NCBI RefSeq assembly: GCF_964355755.1
Contig: NC_092679.1
Span: 12,507,432 to 12,571,431, forward strand
Reading direction: 5' to 3'
Length of the DNA stretch: 64,000 bases
DNA from: Antedon mediterranea
Lineage: Eukaryota; Animalia; Echinodermata
The notes beneath the pieces are model-generated. The model ran no database searches, was not told the DNA's origin, and saw nothing but the letters and a program-made list of their open reading frames with translations. Numbering within the stretch: the stretch's first letter is position 1; every line of letters starts with the position of its first letter. Both the position numbers and the translations under genes were made by a program. Below, one piece after another: positions 14,503-28,659 of the stretch.

Positions 14503-15198
14503 TGTTGAACCCACAAATGTGAATATGCATCACCCACAAATGTGAAAACGCATCACCCGAAAATGTGAAAACAACCACAGATTTGAAAACACAGCACCCA
14601 CAAATGTGAAAACAGTCTTACCCACTAATGTGTTAGCGGCCAGAAATGTAAAAAAAAAGAAGAATTTTTCACCCACAAATGTAAAAAAAAACCATGTCAA
14701 ATTTAGTACTAGAACCGATACACGTACATAATATAGCAAACATCGACTCATAACTACACGCATATCGTGCCGCACACAAGTGTTGAAGCAACTCAACAAA
14801 TTCAATCCCCAATTGTGAGGGAAGAGTTCTTTTTTAAAATTATATTTGTGGGTGATGTGTTTTCAAATTTGTGGTTGTTTTCACATTTGTGGGCAATGCG
14901 TTTTCGCATTTTGTGGTTAATGCTTTTTCACATTTGTGGTTGCTTTTACTTTTTGAGCATTTTCACATTTGTGGGTAATGCGTTTTCACATTTGTGGGTG
15001 ATGCGTTTTTACATTTGTGGGTGATGCGTTTTTACATTTTTGGGTGATGCGTCTTCACATTTGTGGGTGATGCGTTTTTACATTTGTGGGTGATGCATTT
15101 TCACATTTGTGGGTGATGCATATTCACATTTGTGGGTGTTTTCACATTTGTGGGCATTTTCATATTTTGTGGGCGTTTTCACGTTTGTGTGTTCAACA
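14503..15198. mobile_element. Non-autonomous TGT...ACA DNA element (Ginger-like) with inverted subterminal ~23-bp tandem arrays
   Basis: Ends TGTTGAACCCACAAATGTGAA / TTCACGTTTGTGTGTTCAACA. CCCACAAATGTGAAAA repeats on the left and ACATTTGTGGGTGATGCGTTTTT repeats on the right. Flanks AGACC / AGACA. Confidence 0.75.
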
Positions 15199-17832
15199 AG
15201 ACACACATTTCCCTAGATAAACACCTTACGAAAATATTGAATTGTTAGTTGGTACCTTTAGCCAACATTTTTGTTTTTAATTTGCTTACAGTGTGGTTTC
15301 ATAACATATTCCTTTGAGATTATTTCAACATGGTAATTTGTCAAATTTAAATATAGGAAATATTTCTGTCTATAGATTCAACATTACATGATTCTTCCAA
15401 ATGTCCCAACTGATGTAGATTTTAACGACAAGAACAATGTTATTTGTTTTCAATTTACTTGCATCATCTCTATGTTTTGGATATTCCAACTGCGATAACA
15501 TTGGAGTTGATCTTTGGTTTTAACAAGTGGAAAACCTCTATCCATACTTCATGGGGGCCCTAAAGTGTCACCTTTATACGGGTTATCTGTATTGTATTCC
15601 TTAAATACACAGTTTTGTTCACATAGGCAAGGCAGTAAATATGTAAATACAGTATGTAGATATTCAGTATGATTAATACTAATGGAATATTTATGATAAC
15701 GCTTGCATCGCCTCATTTCTGATGATAAAAAAATATAAATAAATACAGATTATTGATGAGAGGTTTATGGACTTGCAAAGCAGAAATTTTACTTTGTACA
15801 ACACTTGCTGTAATATAAAATATCATATAGTTTATATTATATAATCAATTTATCAGACAATTTATTGTAGTTGCAAGTTACTTGATCAATCATTCATGTG
15901 TAGAATTGAAACAGCCTGTGTAAACATATTTAACAGCTTTTCTCTAGACATTAAACATCATTTTGGCACTGTAAATCAATTTTAATAATTCAATTTTAAT
16001 CCAAACTGAATTTGTTTTATTAGTTTACAACCATAAAGAAATTCTAAACTGCCCAGTGACATACTGAAAATGGTGACTTCTGAGAGGAAATCTGTGAGAT
16101 AAGAAAAAGCCACTCAAACTCAAAACTAAAAGAACTGTACAAACAAAATGAAAAATCATTTTCAAAAAAGAAAAAAACCAGCCATGCCAAAAGTATTGAA
16201 AAAATCAAATATACATTTTTTTTATATCAAATTTTAAGTGGATTGTTGGAGATTATATTGAAGAGATACTTGTAGCATGATTGGATTACAACTGACAGGT
16301 GATAAATATGCTTATTATTTGAGTCCCTGACATGAATCACAAATTCAGAAGTCTCTGAATAAAGTAAATTAAAAGTCCTCATTCTGGTTTCCATACATTC
16401 CTTGCTACATTAAGTGTATTATTTACTTTTGAGGCAAGAAATGACTTTTTTCTTCTTAACAATCAGGTACAAATGTTTGCCCTTTGGTTATAATAAATCT
16501 ATCTAAGGAGAAGTGTCATTTTGTGTGGAGTTATTGTACTAAAGACTTTACTTTGATTGCAATGTAAAGAAATGATATTTACATTTACTGTAAAAGAATA
16601 CAACAATTAAACCGGTTTCTACCAGATACAGAAAAGCAGTTTATTGGTCAGATATTTTGCCCTACTTTGATGTAATTGTAATTGATAACACTTTAAAGTA
16701 ATTATTGGGTGCGACTCCAATCAGTACTAAACATTTGTTGTAATTTCCTAAAACTCCTAAAATAAACTATACTACTCTATTCCAGGGGTAGAGTCATTGC
16801 TCCCTATGGCCCTAATGATCCACATACCCCAACATTCCAGTAAACAAACATTGTAATTTCCCAGTCACTGACTAACTACTACAGTACCTAAATCAAACAA
16901 TTCTTCATCTATACTCATCATTCAGCAAAAATATTTACCATAGAGGAAGGATTGTTTTTACAAAGATATATTGACAGCCAAAATTATTATTATTATTACT
17001 ACTGTCTGCATACATCTCATAGACTCTCTTCTCCCAGATGTGCTTTGGGGTTTGTGCATGTCCAGTCTGAGTTTCTAAATATAAGCTTCTGTGTGATAAA
17101 TTTCAAGGGCTGAGGATTTTGAGAAGATTAGACAATTAACAAAAAATGAAAATAAAAAACACATCTAAGCTATCAACAATAAACTAAAAGATGTATTAAT
17201 CAACCTCAAGATCGAAGGTATAATACATCCAAGTAATTAATATTAAAATTCAAACATTAATTATGTCATCAAAAATGAAATATTTATGAAATTCAAGGTC
17301 ATATATAATCAATAGAAAAAACGTGTACCAATCATGTTAATCATTATCTTATATTATTATATCAATTAATTGTAAATTTCAATCAATCAACTTAAATTAA
17401 TCAGCTTCAAGGATATTTGTTACTGTATAAAGTATATTTTCAATAGCAAGACATGCTATATTTCTCTTAAAAACTGTTAGTGTAATAGTGTAATTGGACA
17501 ATGTTCGCACCCATTGCATAAAGTCTAAAGGCTAAAGTGGTATAATAATAATATTTATCCAACAACTGTAAACATATATAATGTAAGGAAAAATGAGGGG
17601 AAGGCTTTCTTGACATACTCTTAAATGTTTTCATTCATTTGAATTCTCATAAATTTCTGTTTTTATATATTTAATTGCCCTAGTTTCTGTGACATGTAAT
17701 CAACTTTGAAGTGTGAGATTTAAAGAGAAAGTTAACCTATAATTAAGGATATATTCATACACAAAGTTAGAGTTTTGGATAAGTATTGATTTATTTCTTC
17801 AAAGGTTTTTTTCTTCTTTTTTTTGGAGTTTG

Positions 17833-18086
17833 TACACCGTGTAGCGCGCAGTACTCCATACATACTATTGTGCTATCATTGATTATCCTTTTTTTTACAC
17901 CGTGTAGCGCACAGCACTCCATACATACTATTGTGCTATCATTGATTATCCTTTTTTTTTACACCGTGTAGCGCGCAGTACTCCATACATACTATTGTGC
18001 TATCATTGATTATCCTTTTTTTTTACACCGTGTAGCACGCAGTACTCCATACATACTATTGTGCTATTATTGATTATCCTTTTTTT
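17833..18086. repeat. Minisatellite, 4 x 63-64 bp
   Basis: Unit ACACCGTGTAGCGCGCAGTACTCCATACATACTATTGTGCTATCATTGATTATCC(T)n starts at 17834, 17897, 17961 and 18025. Confidence 0.95.
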
Positions 18087-18659
18087 GTCTTTTGTCCTAG
18101 TGAGACATGTATCAACTTCTAGGTAGGGCCCAAGATAGTAATGCTCTTTTTTTCCTCTTTGCATTTGCATATTTTTTTATATGTTTCGTGGAATAGTAAG
18201 TGCATATTATTCTAAAGACGAGCAAGTAACAAGTGGATACTTAACAGTAATGAACTGATTTCTGTCTAAACCATGTACAGTACGTAGAATGCCTGCGAGA
18301 TGCCTGTCTTTCTAATAACTGGCAATAATGTCTAGAACTAATAATACCTAGAACTTGTGTTTGGCAATATATGCTGCTATGAAACTCAAATGATTTTAAT
18401 AACCAGAGGGCATTGTTTGATAAATGAATGATGATAGGTATATATAGGATGCACAAGGCTTATTTCTGTCTTTTTTTGTTTTAACTGTTTGTTTGAGATA
18501 TTATCCAATTCAATGAAAATTTAGATATTAGTGAATTATTTCTATAAATATAAATATATATTATGAAAATATTTATATCTATATATATCTGTAAATTATT
18601 AATCCAAAGACAAATTATTGAAATGCTGTGGCTGGATCTCAATAGAGATACACAATAAC

Positions 18660-19710
18660 CAGGGCCGTAGCCAGGATCTGTCAAGGGGGGGTTCGGACAC
18701 TAAATATTTGGGTCAACCCTCCCCCAGCCTGATGCGAAGCGAATTTTGTTAAATGACACCCCTAGATGGCCGGAAAAGACACTCTCGTGCAGCATGCTAT
18801 ATAACCAATGAGCAAAAAGATCGTACTTTTTTCCTCCTCCTCAAACACGTCGATAATTTAAATGACGATAACTATTTGTTGCCGTATGTTAGATGCGCGT
18901 GCTCTGTGCGGAACCGCCGATTGTTTGATCATTTACTCCGTATTTTGTTTTGCGTTCAAGTTCAATGCGAACGTATATCTAGGAGCAGCCCCGAAAAAAG
19001 CACACCTGGGCGAAGGCAAATGCTATTTGCTAGCTCTATCTATAATATTTATTTACAGAAATTTGTTGAGGAATATAAATATGTAAATAGGTGATATTGA
19101 TACATTTTAGTACGTATCGGCTGGTGGTCTAGAAAAAAATAATCGGATGCCATAATGTGAACTACAGTACTTGATACCATAGATATTATAGTTTAAAATA
19201 TTAATATTCACTATAATCCTCTGATACATTATACTTCATAGTCACACATAAATACTGATGTACGTCGGAAGGCTATATACTTTATGCATGCTGCCTGACT
19301 GCCAGTGATCTAAACAATTATAGGTACGCAGTTTGTCTGGCGGTGTCCTTTGTACGAATCGTTCGTGCGCCAGCTCGCTATGAGACGCGTCAATATCATG
19401 TTACATGCAGGGACCAAACATTTATTTTTCAGGTTAAAATCGGCAATTCATTTGCAGCTTTTAGAAATTTACAGACACGTATCACTAGTTGACGCTCATA
19501 CAGAGAAGAAGGTTCACGAACAAGTTTACGAATTTTTCAATTTACAAACAACTTTTTGTACTGTGGGGCACGTATTTGGAGGATTTTTGGAGATGAGGGT
19601 GAGGTATTGGGCATGTCGGGGATGGGGGTTCGCAGTTGGTTAAGGGGGGGGTTCGCTGTAAAGGGGGGGGTTCGCCCGAACCATAAAAACCCCCCCTGGC
19701 TACGGGCCTG
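18660..19710. mobile_element. Non-autonomous hAT-like element, 1051 bp, with a 5-bp TSD
   Basis: TIR CAGGGCCGTAGCCAGG / CCTGGCTACGGGCCTG (1 mismatch). GGGGGGGTTCG subterminal motifs. ATAAC duplicated on both sides. Confidence 0.85.
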
Positions 19711-19851
19711 ATAACCAATAATATCAAAATGATAAAGTAAGCAGTTAAATTACTTGCGTTGTGCTTTACATCTTTGCGTTATATCCTAGTGGAAACCAAG
19801 CTTAAATAAGTAAATGTCTCAATATCTTGTTACCAATGTTTACCATTCTAA

Positions 19852-20007
19852 AGTTTAGTTCCCACTATTAGGATGCAACGTAACAATTTAGCACAACAGA
19901 ATTGAATTGACCAATCACAAATCACAATTTAGATGATCCATTGCGTTATTATTGGTCAAATTACGTGCTTATGTTCTTGCAGTGCATCTAAGTGAGAGAA
20001 CCAAGCT
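19852..20007. mobile_element. Degenerate copy of the 4700-4873 MITE family (a further right-end fragment at ~19745-19802)
   Basis: AGTTTAGTTCCCACTA...TGACCAATCACAA...ATTGGTCAA...AGTGAGAGAACCAAGCT. Confidence 0.7.
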
Positions 20008-23000
20008 TTAAGAGTACAGTATGTGCAGCATTAACTTAATTAAATATTTTGTAGATATTTTAGTAGGAAAATCTTGAAAATATTGAAGTTTCATTTTCGA
20101 AAAGATAAAAATCAATACATCTGGTTAATAATACAGTAATAATACTGTATATAATCAACCCTTTTAGTTTGTGCACACTTATTTATACTAAATTGATTGC
20201 ACAATTCAAATATACACAAAGACAATTGATTTTACAATCCATAACTAATTTTCAATTTTCAAAATTAAAAGGCATGAGGTCCGTAATTTTTCGCATTGTT
20301 TTACCATAGTCAATACATTACAAACTAATTATTTGGTTTTTATTTTAAAATTTATATTTTAACAGCCTTGATGCGTCTTGAATTTGATTTTAAAAATAAA
20401 CATTTCAATAATAGACCTATAGTGAATTCATATGCGATTGAGACTGATAAATTAAAACCCACTTGTACAACCTGTTTGTTGATACAACTAAAACTTGTAA
20501 ATTTCACACTTGCATATAATTAAGTATTAGAATTTCTTTATGCTTCATATTAATTACTTAATGAAGAATTAATTACTATAAATTGTGTTGAACTTAAAAG
20601 CACAATAACCTAATTAGTGTTACAAGTTTCTTTTGTATTTAAATTATCTGCTTGGGCACCCTTCTTAGTAGGAATAATTGTCTGTGTGATTTGTTTTTAA
20701 TTAAATATTTTTTTTAACAATAGGTGTCAACTGCTTATTTAAGATGTTTATCTAAATTTGACTTACCTTGTAATAATTGTCACACTTCCAATATCCAACT
20801 TGTTACAACACCTTTTCGGAATGTTGATGTTTTCAAACTATCTTGCACAATGCGTTTGTTTATACAAAGAAACAGGTTTATTACAATTGTGGAAAGTTTT
20901 TTTAAAAAGTGTGCCAGTACATTATTTACGAACTACTACTTCTAGTATGAAGGTTGCTGTTTAATTGCCAAGATATTGGCCATGCTGATATAAATTAGAT
21001 ATAAAATAAATTAATAAAAAAACGTGTTTTAAAACTTTGTTATTCATGCATTCATCAAGTGGCCAAGAGGGGCCGTAATTTGTTTACATCATTCGTGCGG
21101 CAAAAAATGTTTGGCAATGTTTTAGGCACTATATTTTTTAAGGCAAGTTATAATTGTCCCAAGTTTTTACTTACAGCTTGGTTTAACATATACAAAACAA
21201 TTACAACAACTCAGAGACACTTAAATTACGACGAAACAGATAAAGATTGGAATAAAAAATGTCAATATGGGGATGGGCCTGGACTAAACTACTGTATTAT
21301 AATATAAACTTAATCTACTGATGTAACCATTTTTTAGAACATTATCCCTAGTAGTCTCTTTGAAAAGAAAGTTTTGATAAAAAGGCTTATTTACACCTAT
21401 AAAATATGCATATCAAAGTCGATACAAATATACAGTAAGTGTGCCGAATCGTCTCAGGGGCAAATCTTCCCGCTACCAAAAGATTCTGTAGAGGGCAGAG
21501 TTTACTATTGTGGATATTATCCTTGCCAATAGCTGGATAGGGTTAAGAAAGATTTAGCCTCGGTTCTCAACAGATCCTAAATTTCAGCCTCACCCGTGAG
21601 GAGATACTTCATACAGGTATTAATAATTTGTACAGTATCATGGGAAAATTCTGTGATAGAAACAGATCTCTCAGATGTGACACCAATATTATATCCCATA
21701 ACCCTTAACCTACAGTATCCATTGAATCTTGAAATAGACATGTGTTAATATGTGACAATGTATTACAGAATTGAACCATGATACGGGAATATTCAATATG
21801 TGAAGATACAGTACAAGGAATTGGATACATGAGTAGTATCAACAGCCACATGACAACACATTTTAAAGATTATTATAAACATAATTTGACCTTTGAATGG
21901 ATACCAAATATACTTAGGAAGGATATGTTATAGACAGGTACATTAGGGTAGTTTAATTATTAATACCTGTCACATGTTCTTTCAATAATATCGATTAAAA
22001 TTATATGTTGTATGTTGTACATAAATTATAATGTTTGTCTTCAGATTTGTATGTTGAAACATATTATTTATAGTGTAAATTGTGCAATACATTTCTTTTG
22101 GCATTTAACTGCTGTGTCCTTTCAACAATAAAGCAGCTTGTCTACAAAACGTACAGCTTGGCGGGAACACGATAATTAGTACATCTATCATCAAACTGCA
22201 CTCTTTTGAACCCAAATAAAAATTAGCATTTTTTTTCTTTACATTTTATTTTATGTACAACTTGCTTTTAATATATGTGACAAGCAAGTGTTAGGATCAA
22301 GCTTTTATTAGAACTGTTTTAAGTCCTCTGAGAGAAAAAAAAATTGGACGAAAGACTAGACTTGTAAAGTGATAATTTCCTAGTACAAGAAATAAAGAAA
22401 TAATATAAATGAACATTTTGCTTCTATATTTAACCTTTTACTACGCAGTGTTAAACCCATCACAGCGATTTTTTAAAAGAAAAAAATAATAATTCTTTTA
22501 AAATAGAGGATGTTGGTTTATGGGGAAGAGGTCAAAATTTGTAGAACCCATCAGCCATTGAATTTTTCGCTTTTTACCTATTATGAAACGCCTACCATAT
22601 ACTTTTTCTCCACAAAATGGAGTGGTTTTTTTTACAGAAATAACGATGATAAATAAAATTAAATACAATTATAGTGTTGATGTACAATCCAGCTATACTG
22701 TATGTCCCATCCTGCTCTGGTGTTTTATAGAAACAATATCATGCCATATGACTGCATATATATTATATTATTGTATCTTTTTTCTGCAATGGATGTCAGA
22801 ATACATCAATATGAAATGATGACTTTGGAAAAAGAAAGTTTTGTTCATTGTCATTTCCTCTCTTCCCCTCTAAAAATGTTGGTGCTGCTGATGAGATTGT
22901 ACTAGGATTTAGGCGAAAGTTTTGAATGTGGATATATCACCCTCAGACCACACTCTACCTTCCTGTCACCACCGCTTAGTTATCTCTACCGTATCCTCTT

Positions 23001-23307
23001 TGTGTTTGATTTCTATGACCAATTCTTTCTAAATGATTGTTGATTGAATTTAAACTAGCTATTACCAATTTTTATAACTGGAAAGACTCGCTGCCACAGT
23101 GTAAGACATTGTCACGAATTAAAGGTTTTATTTACAGTTAAACACCATGACTTTTATCACAGATCACTGCATGATCAGTAGAATACCATGGTCTGTACTG
23201 TAGGTGAAACTACCATGCTGCTTAAAAAGTCCAATCCAAACGTGGAACTCTGGTAAACACATAATCACACAAAGCAAATTAAATTTTGGTAAAACTAACT
23301 GTGTGAG

Positions 23308-23496
23308 CAGTGGCGTAACGGCTATGAGCACTTACTGACTAAACCCAGGGGCCCCAGAGCTTATGGATGAGGGCCCTGAGCAGTGTCCGAGGAAAAAATA
23401 GGAATTAAAATATGTCGGAAATGCCCGAAGCCTACAGCGTTGAAGCGCCACTTAGGTTCCTAATCAGGAACCTCAGCCCTCTTCGTTATGCCACTG
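23308..23496. mobile_element. Short hAT-like MITE, 189 bp
   Basis: TIR CAGTGGCGTAACG / CGTTATGCCACTG. Internal GGGGCCCC and GGGCCC motifs. Flanking (G)TGAG duplication of 4-5 bp. Confidence 0.75.
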
Positions 23497-24187
23497 TGAG
23501 TGAGACTACCAAGTGCAAAATATTTACCGGTGCCCTTTGTAAAATTTACTATTTCCAGTTCGAACAAGGCTTTATTTAAATTTTTGTATAATTAGGCCTG
23601 CAATACTTCAAGAAATACCTTGTATATGCGCACCATAATGCTTTTTAAATTTAATTTAGACTCAGAAGGAATTGGGAGAAATCACAGTTGGCCGATTCCT
23701 GTATTTTTTGTGGGAGAGAAAAATATTTGTTTTAATATGTTCTTCAAGTACTTTAACATGTACAACTACTTAAGTGATTATTATGCATATGTTTTTATAG
23801 TGTATGTCTTTATATGTGATAGAAGTACTTATCATAAGTGTGTTTATGTACGGTATGATTGCATATTATGTGTCTTTATGATCATACTTAACATGCAATA
23901 CTTTGATTCAGTCATGTTAACTGTAAAAGGCACAACAGCTGTTTTCTACAAAGTGTAAAATTGCTCTTTAGAGAATCATGAAATATTTTATGATTGCTTG
24001 CTTTTCTTGTAACATAAATGGATTTCTTCTTTACATTTCAACCCTTGAGAATCCTGCTAGCAGTTTATGTAGTATAAGGATGGCTATAAATGCTCATTGT
24101 CAAACAGGCAGCTTCCTGTACTGTACCATGTATTCCAACTCCAACATTCTGTTCCTACCTAATTTTCATGTTGACACTGTTTAACTA

Positions 24188-24996
24188 CCGTATATTTCGG
24201 TGTATAAGTCGCACCTGTGTATAAGACGCACCCCCTAACTGAGAGTAAAATATCGGTATTTTTTATATTTCATCAAAACAATGTTTTTTTTAAATTGTAA
24301 TTAATATTATTGTAATAATATATTTTGTTATATCTACAACGGCGTCCTTTATTTAGGTTTTTTCTTACCTAGGCTCGGCCGCGCCCAGCCTCAACATGTT
24401 GTTTCTAACTTGTTATTCATGAGTTTCGCACCCGCAACATCGAGTGCATGGGATGACCGTGTGTGGGCTAGCCTCGCTCGATCATTTCGAGAGGGCGCAC
24501 GTTTTCACGGACAATCGTATTCGATTAGTATCATCTATGTATCCGAGAAGTGTGTACGCTAGGTCCATGCTATAATCACCTGGAGAATATACTAATCGAA
24601 TACCGTACAACATGTGGCCGCCAAGAAAGGCTTGCGCTGGGGGTACGGCGGTCGGCGATCGTGCGTATAACTATAAATAAATACTAGGCCTATTCCAATC
24701 GTAAACGTTTACAAATGAAATTTTATCGGAGCGCCTAAAACAGCTCCATAATAAACAAATCTTTTCATCATATTTAGTATAACATCATGCTACAATGCCT
24801 TGAAAACTAGGCAGAAGCAGGTTGCCGTTACGTTAGTACACTGTAGCTAGGCCTAGCCTACTCAGGCCTAGCCAACGAGGTGACGATATGTACACTCTGT
24901 GTGGTGAGGCATTTATGTTCGGTGTATAAGACGCACCCTTAATTTAGAGGTCAAATTTGCGTGTCAAAAGTGCGACTTATACACCGAAATATACGG
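24188..24996. mobile_element. Tc1/mariner pogo/Tigger-like MITE, 809 bp
   Basis: Perfect 27-bp TIR CCGTATATTTCGGTGTATAAGTCGCAC, TA TSD on both sides, and internal direct copies of TGTATAAGACGCACCC. Confidence 0.92.
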
Positions 24997-26293
24997 TATA
25001 TTGAATTCCTTTTGTTTGATTTTTGCCCCGCTTAATCAACCCTCTTCTGAGCGGTACTAAGCTTTTGCATTATTTTTTTTTTCCTTTCTGTATTTGTTAA
25101 TTCAATTCTTTTATGTACCTTGCAAATATGAGTCAAACGATTAAACCAATAAATTATTAAAACTTTATTCAATCAATTTTAACAGAGTATATTTATTTAA
25201 AATTTATATGAGCATTATATATAAAGTATTTAAAATAACTCCCTGATCTTATTTACAATAAATGTGATTTTTATCTACATTCACACTATAGCTGTTTTGT
25301 GCCTTGAGAATTGATTGATTCATTGAATATGGTTCTATTGTTATAGCAATTTTAACATGAATTTAATTTCTTGGTAAAGGTATTATATTTTTGTATACGA
25401 GAATCGTATAAGAATTTTCTCGTGCTGATACACATGCCTAAGTGGAGGGCTTGATGGCATATTTGGTGCACTGCCATTTGATCAGCTCTTTTCGGTTTGG
25501 ACAAATGACTTTTACTGCATCGTTTGTTTGTGGCTCGACACGAAGAGATCATTCGGAGAGATGATAGTACAGTCAATAATCAAATACCAAACACCCTTGA
25601 GCTGGGCTAATATGTCTGGTATTCTGAAAAGTCTTGTATTCTGAATATGTTTTTAGACCAAGGAAAGTCTGGTAACGGGATATGGGATAGTTTCTGGTTT
25701 CCAGATAGTCCAGTATTGGGAGAGTTAAGTGTAGTTGTATGTGTCGTTCAATTCATCCCAGTTATGCAAGAGACACAGGTTATTCCACAACCTTTATTGT
25801 AAACCCTGACGGCAAATATGCATGAAAAATGAAAAGTACAGTAAAATATTCATTTTCTTAAAATGTTTTCAATATTGTTTTTAAATTATTCATACTTTAT
25901 TATATGGTGTTTGTGATATTATTTATTAATGAGGATAAATTGCAACTCTAAATAATTGTTTACGAGGTCTTGTACTTTGCTAAAGAAACATTGACATGCT
26001 TGAATGCTTGCAACACAAGGTATTGCAAAACACTTAAAAATCGCCACGAAAATGTGCAGATTAATTAGCAGAAAAATAGCAGTGTCAGCTGGCAATAAAC
26101 TCAGGTCATATTAAAGGAAATTTGAAGCATTGTTTAGTGTGTAGTATTTGACAATGATGGAGCACACCATTGGCAGTATCCTACTCTAAAATTGTGTATT
26201 AATCAAGCTAGGCTGTATAAAACTGCTTTTCTATTGGAAGCTCAAGGGTCAATATCCAATACAAACCTTTTAGTTGTTATGCCACTACCTTAA

Positions 26294-26907
26294 AGACACC
26301 TTCCCTATGTTTTTTAGATCTATTTTAAGATCACAAACTATATTTAATGTAAAAATATTACTATATGGTCCTATTGCGATAACCTTTTTCGTCTTTAAAT
26401 GGTTAAAAATATTTAAAAAAAGTTTATTCTAATAATTATAGCGGCCCGCTATAAATCCCAAAATGCATTGCGCGCGGATTGATATTTCTGTTTTCTTCTG
26501 TATTTCACCCACTTTTTGATCGATCGTAAGGCCAAAACAAATGGAAGACTCCTAACTTGTCAGCGAAAATACCGGTTTTCCCCAATTTGTATCAACGGAG
26601 TCTGGCAAAAATAGAAAGACAATAAATGTAGCAACTATACAACGTCATGCTCGGTATATAGCTAGCGTACGATGTTCGTACGTTACAGATGTTTACCACC
26701 TAGGCCTACAAAACTAAGCCTAGCTAGGCCTAAAGACCGTCCACGAGAGGTCGATCGCCGCGAGCTACTTAGGTAGTGAATTGTTTCTCACTTTTTATCA
26801 TAAATTACCATAAAACGTACATTTAGGACAAGGAAGCATAATTTAATGTTTTTAAAGTAATATATATGTATCATTTTTTAAAAACGTCACAAATTGTAGA
26901 GGTGTCT
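26294..26907 (-). mobile_element. Kolobok-like non-autonomous element, inverted copy of 41665-42289
   Basis: Starts TTAA|AGACACCTTCCCTA. The body is the reverse complement of 41665-42289 over its whole length. The right terminus is eroded (GTAGAGGTGTCTAA). Confidence 0.85.
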
Positions 26908-28659
26908 AACAACCTAAATGAAAAAAATATTCCAAGCTTTCCAATTTTGGAGATGTTAAAGCATGTTAACCAAGTTGTTCCTATAGATGTAGCAAATATG
27001 CAAATCAGATATGCAATAGTCATGCACATGTTCCAATATCATAATAGTCTGTTTGAGGTTGTTAGCACTAGCTTGCATGCTTCTAGGAGGGTACCACAGA
27101 AATGATCCTTGCATGCAAAATGTAAGAATTTCCCAAGAAATTCCTCATTGCATATTGTAAATTATTATTTTTTTCTCATACATTTTGTGGTCAAAATAAT
27201 GGCTATGTTCAGTAGTGTCTTCTGGTCATAATGAGTCGCCGAGGTCAAGCCTTAATTAACATTATATGTGTATGTTGTAAACTGGTTTTAAATAGTTGTT
27301 TACTTTTTAATGGCAATCAACTAGAAATAATACAATTAAAACCAGTTATTATGCTGCAATTGGTTTTAACTGGAATTATTTTTAACTGAACTTGTTAAAC
27401 TGGAATTTTCTCCAGTTACCGTTGTCAATAGCACAACTCAGCTAAAATTAATTAATCACCGTCTCTGCTTTGGAAAACATATATTTTTTATATAACTCAA
27501 TCTATGTAGAATACAGTTTTAAACTGCATATTTTGTTCAATGCCTGAGGAAAGTGTACTTTTATATATTGCAAATAGGAAAGAAAAGTTGTACTACAGAG
27601 ACAATTTAAGCCCTCAGAAATTTGTACTGGTTTATTATTCACTTAGAGTGTCTTTGATACAACGATTGGCTGTCATGTGTCGCCAAATGTTCATGTCTAC
27701 GTACGCCATTATTATGCTTCTCGGCGTCTATTATAAAGTATGATTTTTTAAGAAATTTGTCTTTTATTTTTCATAAAACGTGTTTTTAAAAATCAAATGC
27801 TTTTCTAATTTCTAAAGTTTAGCCTTGAATAACCTAGTATATTTTGACGAATTTGAAATATAAACTTGTATTTTTTAATATGTCTACAATTTGTATTTTG
27901 CTATGATCCAACTTGATGTGTCGATAACATACTGTAAATTTTAACACTATACAATAATATTAGATATTGTGATTGGTCATTTTTTTTTATAAATGCGTTA
28001 AGTAATGTTCAAGGTGTGTATTTTCATATTGCAATTTTTATGTAATATTGACAAAATGATTCAGACTTTCATATGTGAAATATATTTATATAATACACTG
28101 AATAAACATACATGATGAAAAATGTATTATTAAGATAACACAAACAATTGAAACAAACAGTATAACCAAAGGTCAAAGTTTAGTGTTTTGTCTTGCACAA
28201 TTTTTCCTTTGCAATTCCTTATTTTTGTATCTAAGAAAAATAACAGGTAATTGGTTTTGAAGATATGAGGAGTTTGATGTTACTAAGACCCCATTTACAC
28301 TTCATCGACGATTTCTTAGCCGGCCCGAAGTCGGCCCGACGCCGGCTTTCTTTTTAGCCCGCAATGTGTTTACACTTACCCAAAAAGCCGGCCTCGGGCC
28401 CCTACTATTGTGTTTACACTTGCTCTCGCGGAAGAGTGCTCGATGAGTCGATTTCGCTACATTCACGTCATATCTGCTCATGTGCGTCTTAAAAAGTTAA
28501 TATTTTTATTAAGCGTTGTCGATCTACACTAGGCCTAGGCCTATCAACTTTATCAAAAAAGAATCAAATAATGGTATTTAATATGGATCAAAACAATTGT
28601 ATTATTGCTTTACTACTAATGTTTGCGTCTCGTTTTCTAAAGAATAGTAGTAGATAATA

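Noticed and set aside
17833-18086. CRISPR-like regular repeats (also 14503-15198 and 52541-52694)
   Set aside because: Units are contiguous with no unique spacers, there are no cas genes, and the context is eukaryotic.
18753-19094. 113-aa ORF in the hAT-like element
   Set aside because: No BED finger, DDE or hAT dimerisation motif; likely a chance ORF in GC-richer DNA.
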